64,000 bases of DNA from Nocardioidaceae bacterium (GTDB taxonomy: Bacteria; Actinomycetota; Actinomycetes; Propionibacteriales; Nocardioidaceae): positions 10,826 through 74,825 of the forward strand of contig JACJWW010000010.1 in assembly GCA_020636935.1 (NCBI GenBank), given 5' to 3'. The translations under genes were made by a program, and so were the position numbers. Below are positions 49,930 through 58,705 of this stretch, one piece after another. Positions within the stretch are counted from its first letter, which is position 1. Every line of letters starts with the position of its first letter. The notes under the pieces were generated by a model. The model had not been told where the DNA came from and searched no databases. It saw only the letters and a program-made list of their open reading frames with translations.

Positions 49930-51303
49930 GTGGACACTGAGACGACCCAGCGCCATCGAGTCGTGGTGATCGGCTCTGGTTTTGGAGGCCTGTTCGCCAC
50001 CAAGACCCTGAAGCGCGCAGACGTTGATGTGACGATGATCGCCAAGACGTCACATCATCTTTTCCAGCCTCTGCTCTATCAAGTGACCACTGGCATCCTC
50101 TCCGAAGGTGAGATCGCTCCGCCCACGCGCGAGGTGTTGGCAAAGCAAAAGAATGCCCAAGTGCTGCTCGGTGAGGTCGACGAGATCGATCTGGCCAACC
50201 GCACGGTGTCGCACCACGTCTTGGGTCGGCGTACGACGACCCCCTATGACTCCTTGGTCGTGGCAGCCGGCGCGGGCCAGTCGTATTTCGGTCATGACGA
50301 GTTTGCGCGCTATGCCCCGGGCATGAAGTCGATCGATGATGCCCTAGAGCTAAGGGCTCGCATCTTCGGTGCTTATGAATACGCCGAGGTCTCCGCCAAT
50401 CGTGGCGAGGAGATCGACCATCTGATGACCTTCGTGGTGGTCGGTGCCGGACCCACCGGTGTGGAGATGGCCGGGCAGATCGCCGAGCTCGCCCACAAGA
50501 CCTTGCCCACCAACTTTCGGGCGATCGACACCCGTAAGTCGCGGGTGATCCTGATCGACGGGGCCGACCAGGTGCTGCCTCCCTTCGGAGAGAAGTTGGG
50601 TGCGAAAACCCAGCAGGCATTGGAGAAACTCGGCGTTGAGGTGCGGCTCAACACCTTGGTCACCGACGTGGATGAGCGGGGTTTGACGATCAGGCACACC
50701 GAGACCGGCGAGCAGGAGTACGTCGATGCCGTCACCAAGGTGTGGGCCGCGGGAGTGCAGGCTTCCCCGTTGACCAAGACCTTGAGCGAGCAGACCGGTG
50801 CCGAGCTGGATCGCGCTGGCCGGATCGCAGTCAACCCCGATCTCACCCTGCCCGGGCATCCGGAGGTCTTCGTGGTTGGCGACATGATCGACCTCGATGG
50901 TCTGCCTGGTGTGGCTCAGGTCGCGATCCAGGGTGCTCGCTATTCGGCGACGGAGATCAAGCGGCGACTCAAGGGCAAGCCTGCCCAAGAGCCGTTCAAG
51001 TATTTTGACAAGGGGTCGATGGCGACCATCTCACGGTTCAATGCCGTAGCGATGGTCGGCAAGCTGCGACTGACGGGCATGCTTGCCTGGTTGATGTGGT
51101 TGGTCGTGCATCTGGTCTACATGACGGGCTTCAAGAATCAAGTCACCGCCTTGATCCGCTGGGCGGTCACTTTCATCGGCAATGATCGTTCTGAGCGCGC
51201 GGTGACCATGCAGCAGCTCTTCGCCAGACAGGCGATCGAGAGGTTGAAGAGCGGGCCGGCCTCGCTGATCTCTGATGACGATCAGCGGGCTTCCTCGAGT
51301 TGA
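49930..51303 (+). CDS. ndh: Type II NADH dehydrogenase
   Basis: VIGSGFGG, HLFQPLLYQV, VGAGPTGVEMAG, WAAGV, YFDKGSMAT. Confidence 0.92.
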   Translation: MDTETTQRHRVVVIGSGFGGLFATKTLKRADVDVTMIAKTSHHLFQPLLYQVTTGILSEGEIAPPTREVLAKQKNAQVLLGEVDEIDLANRTVSHHVLGRRTTTPYDSLVVAAGAGQSYFGHDEFARYAPGMKSIDDALELRARIFGAYEYAEVSANRGEEIDHLMTFVVVGAGPTGVEMAGQIAELAHKTLPTNFRAIDTRKSRVILIDGADQVLPPFGEKLGAKTQQALEKLGVEVRLNTLVTDVDERGLTIRHTETGEQEYVDAVTKVWAAGVQASPLTKTLSEQTGAELDRAGRIAVNPDLTLPGHPEVFVVGDMIDLDGLPGVAQVAIQGARYSATEIKRRLKGKPAQEPFKYFDKGSMATISRFNAVAMVGKLRLTGMLAWLMWLVVHLVYMTGFKNQVTALIRWAVTFIGNDRSERAVTMQQLFARQAIERLKSGPASLISDDDQRASSS

Positions 51304-51963
51304 TCACTCAAACCTGGATGGGGAGATCACCTCTCGTGCCCACCTGGGCATGATGAACAGCCCCTCGGTCTCGATGGTTGGCTCGCCACCTACAGGCCCG
51401 AGTTGTCCCTTGACGATGGTCTTGATCCCGTCGGTGGAGTCGATCCATGCGCTGGCTTCAAGGTCGCCAAGTGGTGTGGGCTTGCGATAATGAGTAGTCA
51501 GATAGGCGGTCATCCCTGGGCGCCCTCCGGCCGCGGCGGCTTCTCCCATGACTTGGTCCATGATCAGGGCACTCACTCCGCCGTGCACCAAGGTCGGAGG
51601 CCCTTCATATAGGGCGTTCAGGTGAAACTTCGCCCAAGCGCGACCGTCGTCGCTGCGCTCGGTGTGCAGGGGTACGGCGATCGGATTGCGCATCCCGACG
51701 ACGGCGTTGCCATAAGCGCGTACGCCACCGTCCTTGTTGACTTGTACGCCGAAAGAGTCGGGGATCATCTCTTCGCGAAGGAGCGCGTCGATCTCTTTGA
51801 GTCGAGCGATCGCGTCGTTGACCTTGGCGGGCGGGATCGTCGTACGCAGGCTGGCTTCGTTGAGTGAACGCATCGTGTCGGCGAGGCCGCCGTAGACTTC
51901 GCGTTCTTCGGCCAGTTGGTCTTCGGTCAACTCAACTTCGCTATAGATGTCAGCCACAACCAA
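51304..51963 (-). CDS. PaaI family thioesterase
   Basis: YEGPPTLVHGGVSALIMDQVMG. Confidence 0.85.
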   Translation of the reverse strand: MVVADIYSEVELTEDQLAEEREVYGGLADTMRSLNEASLRTTIPPAKVNDAIARLKEIDALLREEMIPDSFGVQVNKDGGVRAYGNAVVGMRNPIAVPLHTERSDDGRAWAKFHLNALYEGPPTLVHGGVSALIMDQVMGEAAAAGGRPGMTAYLTTHYRKPTPLGDLEASAWIDSTDGIKTIVKGQLGPVGGEPTIETEGLFIMPRWAREVISPSRFE

Positions 51964-52030
51964 ATCATAGCCGCTCCAAGATGTGACAGGAGGGCGTTGA
52001 CTGTCACACGCCCAGATCCAAAATCGGTGG

Positions 52031-52046
52031 TGTGAGGCCTGTCACA
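52031..52046. promoter_or_regulatory. Consensus CRP/GlxR-type site
   Basis: TGTGA-ggcctg-TCACA in the thioesterase/tRNA-Lys divergent region. Confidence 0.6.
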
Positions 52047-52092
52047 TCAAGGGGTCGGCTAGTCTTTCTGCGATCGCTCCGCTGATGGGCGA

Positions 52093-52165
52093 GGGCCTCT
52101 AGCTCAATTGGCAGAGCAGCGGACTTTTAATCCGCGGGTTGTGGGTTCGAGTCCCACGGGGCCCA
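52093..52165 (+). tRNA. tRNA-Lys(TTT)
   Basis: GGGCCTCTAGCTCAATTGG...CTTTTAA...GGTTCGAGTCCCACGGGGCCCA. Confidence 0.95.
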
Positions 52166-52442
52166 CTTCTTCTTTGCGCCCTTGGCCGATGCTGTTGAGG
52201 GCCTTGCGGCTCCGCATTCAAACTGCGTAAACGCGCGATCCCCGATGAAGATAGGGAACTGAGAGTCTCAAATCTGCTCCCCGCAAACCGAGATGATCAG
52301 TGGACTAGCCCCCCGAGTGGCGTTGAGCCGGTCCTCCTTGACCCTTCAATGTGACGGCGATTACGTTCGGTCGATCCATAGTCCAAGTTGGGTGGGCCGT
52401 GGGCTATTTCCAAACGGAAAGCTTATGAAGGGATATCAATCC

Positions 52443-54530
52443 ATGAACTCACGTTCGCGTCGCTTCGCCGCGAGCCTGGTGGCTGTTGTGGGCCTCGTTG
52501 CCGCGGGGTGTTCGACCACCCCCGGTGGCCCCGATCCGCAGGCCCCGGTCGCAGCAATCCAGGCGGTGCCCACCACGGGCACGGCGCCTTTGACCGTTGA
52601 CTTCGGGTCAGTTGGCTCAAACGACCCCGATGGCACCATCTCCACGTACTCGTGGAACTTCGGTGATGGTTCGCCCCTGGAGAATGGTCCGGGTGCTACT
52701 CACATCTACACCGCTCCAGGCAACTTCACCGCGACCTTGATCGTCACCGACAACTCAGGCATGACTGGATCGGCGACCACCAATATCAACGTGGTTGATC
52801 CCGGATCAGGCTGTGCAGCCAACCCCGATCCGCTCGATGCCAATGGCGATGACACCAACTGTGACGGTGTCGACGGCATTGCGCTGGCGCAGGTGTTGGT
52901 CGATGCGGGCAGCGGCTCCGATGTCGGCGCTTGCGGCACGGTCGTCAAGCCATGCGCCACCATCGCCAACGGTGTTGCCACTGCAACGGCAGCTGGCAAG
53001 AACATCATCTTGGTCACGGCTGGTGACTACGATGCGTTCGACATCACCAATGGTCGGATCGTCCGCGGCGGCTACAACCCCACCTTCAACGGTCGGATTC
53101 CCGCCGGTACTCGCGTGCATGGTGCCCTCGACAGCGCCAACAACACCTACTACGGCGTGCGCGCCAACAACATCACCTCGGTGACCAAGCTGCTCGACCT
53201 GAAGATCAATGCCGAAGGCCAGGCCGGTACGGCTGCCAGCGGCGTGATCGTCAAGAACGCCAGCGCCAAGGTCGTCTTGGACAATGTCACCGCGACTGCA
53301 GGTCAGGGCGTCAACCCGACCGGTGTCTTGGCCGACAACAACTCCAAGGTTGAGATCCTCAACTCCGCCATTTCGTCGGGTACGGCGACTGGTGCCGGCT
53401 CTGATGCCTACGGTGTCCGTGCCCTCGACGGCTCCAACGTGACCGTCAATGGCGGCACGATCGAGGCCGCTGCGGGTGTCAATGGCAACGATGCCTCTGC
53501 TGGAGCACCCGCGACTCCCGCCAAGGCATGTGACGGCGGTAACGGCTATGCCGGTGCATTCGAAATCATCGACGGCATTGGTGTCCAGGGGCTGGGCGGC
53601 TCGTCCTGCAACCCGTGGTTCACCACTGTCACCAATGGCGGCAATGGCGGCGTTGGTGGAGACGGAAGTGCCCCAGGCGCCAACGGTGTCAAGGGTGGCC
53701 AGGGCGTTGGAGCCAATGGCGGCAACGGTGGCTGTGGCTCTGTTGTTGGATGTGGTTCGCAGGCAACCGGCGGTGCTGGTGGCCAGGGCGGTGCGGCTGG
53801 TGCGGCCGGTGCCGCAGGTGCCAACGACCTGACCACGGCCGGTGCAACTTGGGCTGGCGGCAACGGTGGCAATGGAAGCAACGGCGCTGAAGGCGGCGGC
53901 GGCGGCGGTGGCGGTGGCGGTTCGTCCGCTGCGGCCATGGGCGGCGGCGGCGGTGCCGGCGGTGCCGGTGGCGCATCAGGCTTGGGTGCCACCCAGGGTG
54001 GCCAGGCAGGCGGCGGCTCCTTCGGCGTGTACGCCGTTAACTCCACCGCCAACCTCACCAACGTGGCTGTGACGGTCGCTTCTGGTGGCAACGGTGGCAA
54101 GGGCTCAACTGGCGGCGCTGGCGGCGCTGGCGGCAATGGCGGCAAGGGCGGCGCTCCCGAGTGCTGTGAAGCCGGTGGCGGTGGCGGCGGCGGTGCCGGC
54201 GCAGGCGCTGGTGGCGGTGGCGGAGCCGGTGGCGGCGCCGGTGGCCCGGCCATCGCGGTCCTCCACAACGGCACTGGCTCGCTGACCACGACCAGCGTGG
54301 TCACCTCCCTCCCCGCGGCATCCGGCACCGGTGGTGCAGGTGGCACCGGTGGTGCCGGCGGCGCGGCTGGCGCACTCGGCGCTGGCGGCCCGAAGAGCCC
54401 CGTGACGCTGTTCAACCGCAAGGGCGGTGACGGTGGTGCTGGCGGCGCAGGTGTTGCCGGTGCAACCGGCAATGCTGGTGCAGCCGGACAGCTGTTGAAG
54501 TTCTGGGACAACGGCACAGCCACTCCCTGA
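52443..54530 (+). CDS. Lipoprotein: 1 PKD domain, MopE-like motif, beta-helix-like region, Gly-rich (PGRS-like) domain
   Basis: Lipobox LVAAGC; YSWNFGDG; DTNCDGVDG; CGT..KPCATI; GGxGGx blocks. Confidence 0.8.
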   Translation: MNSRSRRFAASLVAVVGLVAAGCSTTPGGPDPQAPVAAIQAVPTTGTAPLTVDFGSVGSNDPDGTISTYSWNFGDGSPLENGPGATHIYTAPGNFTATLIVTDNSGMTGSATTNINVVDPGSGCAANPDPLDANGDDTNCDGVDGIALAQVLVDAGSGSDVGACGTVVKPCATIANGVATATAAGKNIILVTAGDYDAFDITNGRIVRGGYNPTFNGRIPAGTRVHGALDSANNTYYGVRANNITSVTKLLDLKINAEGQAGTAASGVIVKNASAKVVLDNVTATAGQGVNPTGVLADNNSKVEILNSAISSGTATGAGSDAYGVRALDGSNVTVNGGTIEAAAGVNGNDASAGAPATPAKACDGGNGYAGAFEIIDGIGVQGLGGSSCNPWFTTVTNGGNGGVGGDGSAPGANGVKGGQGVGANGGNGGCGSVVGCGSQATGGAGGQGGAAGAAGAAGANDLTTAGATWAGGNGGNGSNGAEGGGGGGGGGGSSAAAMGGGGGAGGAGGASGLGATQGGQAGGGSFGVYAVNSTANLTNVAVTVASGGNGGKGSTGGAGGAGGNGGKGGAPECCEAGGGGGGGAGAGAGGGGGAGGGAGGPAIAVLHNGTGSLTTTSVVTSLPAASGTGGAGGTGGAGGAAGALGAGGPKSPVTLFNRKGGDGGAGGAGVAGATGNAGAAGQLLKFWDNGTATP

Positions 54531-54543
54531 TCACGAAACACAT

Positions 54544-54577
54544 CGGTGGGCCGGTGGTACACACCACCGGCCCACCG
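54544..54577 (+). terminator. Intrinsic terminator
   Basis: cggtgggccggtgg...ccaccggcccaccg followed by cttt. Confidence 0.8.
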
Positions 54578-54639
54578 CTTTCACAGACTTCGGACCATTT
54601 CCCCTCGGCATCTCGTTGATGCGGTAGGTCCGGGAAACA

Positions 54640-54687
54640 AGCAGTAACTCTGTAAAGCAGTACCTCCTCAGAGCAGTACCTCCTCAA
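54640..54687. repeat. 3 x 16-bp direct repeat upstream of second PKD gene
   Basis: agcagtaactctgtaa / agcagtacctcctcag / agcagtacctcctcaa. Confidence 0.75.
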
Positions 54688-54741
54688 GAACAGGGCGGCC
54701 CCCGGGTAGGGCGGGGCGACGTTAACGAAGGGAAGCAAAAG

Positions 54742-57700
54742 ATGAAGGTTCGAGCGCGGCGGATAGCCGCCAGCCTGATCGCAACGGTAGGTCTCGTTGC
54801 GGCCGGCTGCTCCACAACTCCAGGTGGTACACCGCCTGTGGCAGTCATGTCTGCAACACCAGATAGTGGTGTCGCGCCCCTGACTGTCAATTTCAACTCC
54901 GCAGGCTCGAACGACCCCGATGGGTCGATTTCGTCGTACGCCTGGGACTTCGGTGATGGTGGTACGGCGACTGGCTCCACCGCCACCCACAACTACGGCG
55001 CACCGGGCGTGTACACCGCCAAGCTGACCGTGACCGACAACTCCGGCTTGACCGGCTCGATCACAAAGCAGATCACCGCCACCTCGGCGAGCAATCTGCC
55101 TCCGGTGGCCAAGGCCGGAGCCACTCCGAAGAATGGCACCGCGCCTCTGGCCGTGGCCTTCTCCTCGGCTGGCACCAATGACCCCGATGGCACGGTTGCG
55201 TCATACGAGTGGACCTTCGGCGACGGATCGCCCAAGGACACCAGCGCCAACCCCAATCACACCTACACCGTCGCCGGCAACTATGTCGCGACCTTGAAGG
55301 TCACTGACAACGGTGGCGCTGTTGGCACCGACACGGTGACCATCAACGTGGGTGCCAACCAGCCTCCGACGGCGTCGGCGAGCGCGACCCCGACCTCGGG
55401 CAAGGTGCCCTTGGCCGTGGCCTTCTCCTCAACTGGATCTGCCGATCCTGAGGGTGGCGCACTGACCTATGCCTGGAACTTCGGCGATGGTGACACCTCC
55501 ACGTCGGCCAACCCAAATCACACCTACACCGCGGTGGGCGTCTACTCGGCTGCTTTGACGGTGACTGACACTGAGGGCCAGTCCGACACCAAGACGGTCA
55601 CGGTCACGGTCAACGCAAACCAGCCGCCGGTGTCCATCCCGAATGCGGATGTGACCGCGGGCCAGGCACCGTTGACGGTCAACTTCAATGGCGGAGACTC
55701 CAACGACCCCGATGGCACGATCGTGTCCTACCTGTGGGACTTCGGTGGTGGCAACACCTCGACTGCGCAGAACCCGACGTACACCTTCGGTAGCCAAGGC
55801 GCCAAGGTCGTGACCTTGAAGGTCACCGACGACGATGGCGCGACCGACACTGCGTCGATCACGATCAACGTGTCTGCTCAGCCAAATGTGCCCCCCACGG
55901 CACAGGCAGCAGCGACCTCGCCGAAGACCGGAGTGGCACCGCACACGGTGACCTTCTCATCGGCTGGTTCAGCTGACAGCGACGGCACGATCGTGTCCTA
56001 CAACTGGCAGTTTGGTGATGGTGGTTCGTCCAACCAGGCCAACCCCAGCCACACCTACACGCTGGCGGGCAGCTACACGGCCACGCTGACTGTCACCGAC
56101 AATGCCGGTGGCACAGCTAGCGCGACTGTGACCGGCATTGAGATCGCTCCCAACCAGGCTCCAACTGCCAATGCGTCGGCAACCCCGACCGTGGGCAAGG
56201 CGCCCCTGGCTGTGGCCTTCTCCTCAGCTGGCTCTTCTGACCCCGAGGGGCAAACGCTCACCTACGAGTGGACCTTCGGCGACGGATCGCCCAGCTCCAA
56301 TGCAGCCAACCCCAATCACACCTACACCGCTGCGGGCACTCACACCGCTACCCTGAAGGTGACCGATACGGCTGGCGCATTCGACACCAAGCAGGTCGTG
56401 ATCACGGCCAACGCCAACGTGGCTCCCACCGCGGCATTCAACGCAACTCCAGCCTCGGGCCCGCGCCCCTTGTTGGTCTCGCTTGATGCCTCCAACTCCG
56501 CAGATGCTGATGGCAATATCGTCAGCTATGCCTGGGACTTCGGCGACGGCACCAATGGCACCGGCAAGAACGTGACCCACACGTTTGCAGCCAACGCCAC
56601 GCCGTACACCGTCACCTTGACCGTCACCGATGACAATGGCGCGACCGATACTGCAACCACGCAGATCACGGTGTACGTCGATGACGATGGCGACGGGGTC
56701 TCCCCGCCGGCTGACTGCAACGACGCCGATGCCAACACCTACCCAGGTGCTGCCGACCCGCTCGATGGGGTCGACCAGAACTGTGACGGTGTTGACGGCA
56801 CGCTGGCCAACAACATCATGGTGAGCATCTCCAGTGGCGCTGACAGCGGCTCCTGTGGCACGGTCGCAAGCCCGTGTGCCTCGATCGCCAAGGGCATCAC
56901 GCGCGCCGGTGACACTGGTCGCACGGTCATCTTGGTCGCCGGCGGCAACTACGACGCCTTCGATCTGGGCAATGGTCTGACCGTCCGTGGTGGCTATAAC
57001 GGCACCTTCAACGGCAACGGTGCGGCCACGGTCGTCAACGGCAAGCTCGACTCTGGCGTCTACTACGGCGTCCGCGTCAATGGCGCGACGACCGCGTCGA
57101 AGCTGGCGAAGCTGTCCATCAATGCCGGTGGCGCCAGTGGCGTCGCCTCCAATGGTGTGGTGATCACTGCTTCGACTGCCCTGGTGACTCTCGATCAGGT
57201 GACCTCAACCGCAGGCACCGGCCTCAACCCGGCCGGCGTCGTTGTTGACGGCTCGCAGGTCAAGGTCAAGGACTCCACGATCAACTCCGGTACGGCGACA
57301 GGTGCTGGATCCAGCGCCTATGGCATCCGGGTTGTCAACGGGTCCAATGTCGATGTCTCCGACTCGTCGGTGACCGCCTCAGCTGGTGTCAATGGTGCGG
57401 ACGCATCAGCCGCCGCACCTACAGCGCCGGGCCAGGCTTGTGCAGGCCCGAACGGCGCTAACGCGAGCGGGCCCAGTTCGCCCGGTGCGGGAGGTGTCTC
57501 GTGCGGCGGTGCTGGTGTGACTCGCGGTGGCTCCGGTGGCACCGGCGGCGACTACTCCGATCCTGGTGCTGCTGGTGAAAACGGTGGCGGCGGGGCTGCT
57601 GGCGGTAACGGTGGCTGCGGCTCGTACTTCGGTTGTGGCACGAGCGCAGGTCCTGGCGCAGGTGGTGCCGCTGGCGCTGCTGGCACGGCTGGTGCGGCTG

Positions 57701-58368
57701 GATCCAACGCTCTCGCCTCAGCTGGAGCGACGTGGGTCGGTGGCAACGGTGGCCTCGGCGGTAACGGTGCAGTTGGTCAAGGCGGCGGCGGTGGTGGCGG
57801 CGGCAAGTCTGCCTCTGCCTCCGGTGGCGGTGGCGGCGCCGGTGGCGCCGGCGGCGCAGCTGGCCTGAAGGCGACTCAGGGTGGCCAGGCAGGTGGCGGT
57901 TCATTCGCTGTCTACTCGGTCAACTCAGATGTCACGCTGACCAATGTTGTCGCGACTGCTGCCGCTGGCGGCAATGGTGGCAAGGGATCAGCTGGCGGCA
58001 AGGGTGGTCAAGGCGGCAACAGTGGTGCTGGCGGCTCTCAGTCGTGCTGTTCAGCTGGCGGCGGTGGCGGCGGCGGTGCCGGCGGTGGTGCTGGCGGCGG
58101 TGCCGGTGCCGGTGGCGGTGCTGGCGGACCCTCGATCGCCATCTTCCACAACGGTACGGGCACAGCCACAGTCACCGGTGGGTCGCAGGCGCGAGCAGCG
58201 TCGGCAGCCACGGGTGGCGCCGGTGGTGCCGGTGGTGCCGGCGGTGCCCCGGGCACACCCGGTGGCAATGGCAATGCTGGTGGGACCGGGGTCACTGGAA
58301 ACTCTGGTAGCGCCGGTAATGCTGGTCAGATCTACCGGATCTGGGACAACAGCGTCACCACTTCATAA
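54742..58368 (+). CDS. Lipoprotein: 7 PKD domains, MopE-like motif, beta-helix-like region, Gly-rich (PGRS-like) domain
   Basis: Lipobox LVAAGC; seven W.FG(D/G)G units; DDDGDG...DCNDADANTYPGA..DQNCDGVDG; GGxGGx blocks; paralog of 52443-54530. Confidence 0.85.
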   Translation: MKVRARRIAASLIATVGLVAAGCSTTPGGTPPVAVMSATPDSGVAPLTVNFNSAGSNDPDGSISSYAWDFGDGGTATGSTATHNYGAPGVYTAKLTVTDNSGLTGSITKQITATSASNLPPVAKAGATPKNGTAPLAVAFSSAGTNDPDGTVASYEWTFGDGSPKDTSANPNHTYTVAGNYVATLKVTDNGGAVGTDTVTINVGANQPPTASASATPTSGKVPLAVAFSSTGSADPEGGALTYAWNFGDGDTSTSANPNHTYTAVGVYSAALTVTDTEGQSDTKTVTVTVNANQPPVSIPNADVTAGQAPLTVNFNGGDSNDPDGTIVSYLWDFGGGNTSTAQNPTYTFGSQGAKVVTLKVTDDDGATDTASITINVSAQPNVPPTAQAAATSPKTGVAPHTVTFSSAGSADSDGTIVSYNWQFGDGGSSNQANPSHTYTLAGSYTATLTVTDNAGGTASATVTGIEIAPNQAPTANASATPTVGKAPLAVAFSSAGSSDPEGQTLTYEWTFGDGSPSSNAANPNHTYTAAGTHTATLKVTDTAGAFDTKQVVITANANVAPTAAFNATPASGPRPLLVSLDASNSADADGNIVSYAWDFGDGTNGTGKNVTHTFAANATPYTVTLTVTDDNGATDTATTQITVYVDDDGDGVSPPADCNDADANTYPGAADPLDGVDQNCDGVDGTLANNIMVSISSGADSGSCGTVASPCASIAKGITRAGDTGRTVILVAGGNYDAFDLGNGLTVRGGYNGTFNGNGAATVVNGKLDSGVYYGVRVNGATTASKLAKLSINAGGASGVASNGVVITASTALVTLDQVTSTAGTGLNPAGVVVDGSQVKVKDSTINSGTATGAGSSAYGIRVVNGSNVDVSDSSVTASAGVNGADASAAAPTAPGQACAGPNGANASGPSSPGAGGVSCGGAGVTRGGSGGTGGDYSDPGAAGENGGGGAAGGNGGCGSYFGCGTSAGPGAGGAAGAAGTAGAAGSNALASAGATWVGGNGGLGGNGAVGQGGGGGGGGKSASASGGGGGAGGAGGAAGLKATQGGQAGGGSFAVYSVNSDVTLTNVVATAAAGGNGGKGSAGGKGGQGGNSGAGGSQSCCSAGGGGGGGAGGGAGGGAGAGGGAGGPSIAIFHNGTGTATVTGGSQARAASAATGGAGGAGGAGGAPGTPGGNGNAGGTGVTGNSGSAGNAGQIYRIWDNSVTTS

Positions 58369-58383
58369 CCCAACCCAACAAGT

Positions 58384-58419
58384 CTGTGGCCCCGGATGCG
58401 CAAGCATCCGGGGCCACAG
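58384..58419 (+). terminator. Intrinsic terminator
   Basis: ctgtggccccggatgc-gcaa-gcatccggggccacag. Confidence 0.8.
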
Positions 58420-58705
58420 TCGTTTCTGCGGCGGCTGCGTGCCTCGTCGTGCGCGCGCCAAATACTTGCGTGCCCTAGCGTCGGACACCCTTGCGAGTCG
58501 TGGTTTGTGTCATGCGTTGCGGTGGGTTGCGGCCTTGCGTCATGCGTTTGGTGGCCATATGCGCTGTGTTGTCATAAGCGCACTGTTCGGATGACGTTGG
58601 GGAGTTGTGTCACGGTTCGTATGACGCTGGGCTCACAGCAGGGCGGCAGCCCGTACGCCGAACCCTGCCGTCACTAACACCAACGGGCAGAGCGCTGCCG
58701 GAAGC

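Noticed and set aside
52170-52440. c-di-GMP or other riboswitch upstream of the first PKD gene
   Set aside because: Only an isolated GCAAAC; the rest of the consensus is absent. A plain TTGACC-N18-TACGTT promoter (52338-52367) explains the region
53546-54562. Pro-rich minus-strand ORFs opposite the Gly-rich genes, and the Gly/Ser-rich ORF 59991-61127 opposite the Pro-rich gene
   Set aside because: Expected antisense shadows of low-complexity GC-rich coding sequence
52443-58368. True PE-PGRS / type VII secretion substrates
   Set aside because: No PE domain; both proteins have lipoprotein signal peptides
52166-58700. Integrative element at tRNA-Lys
   Set aside because: No integrase and no convincing duplication of the tRNA 3' end seen; lateral origin of the PKD genes remains only a hypothesis
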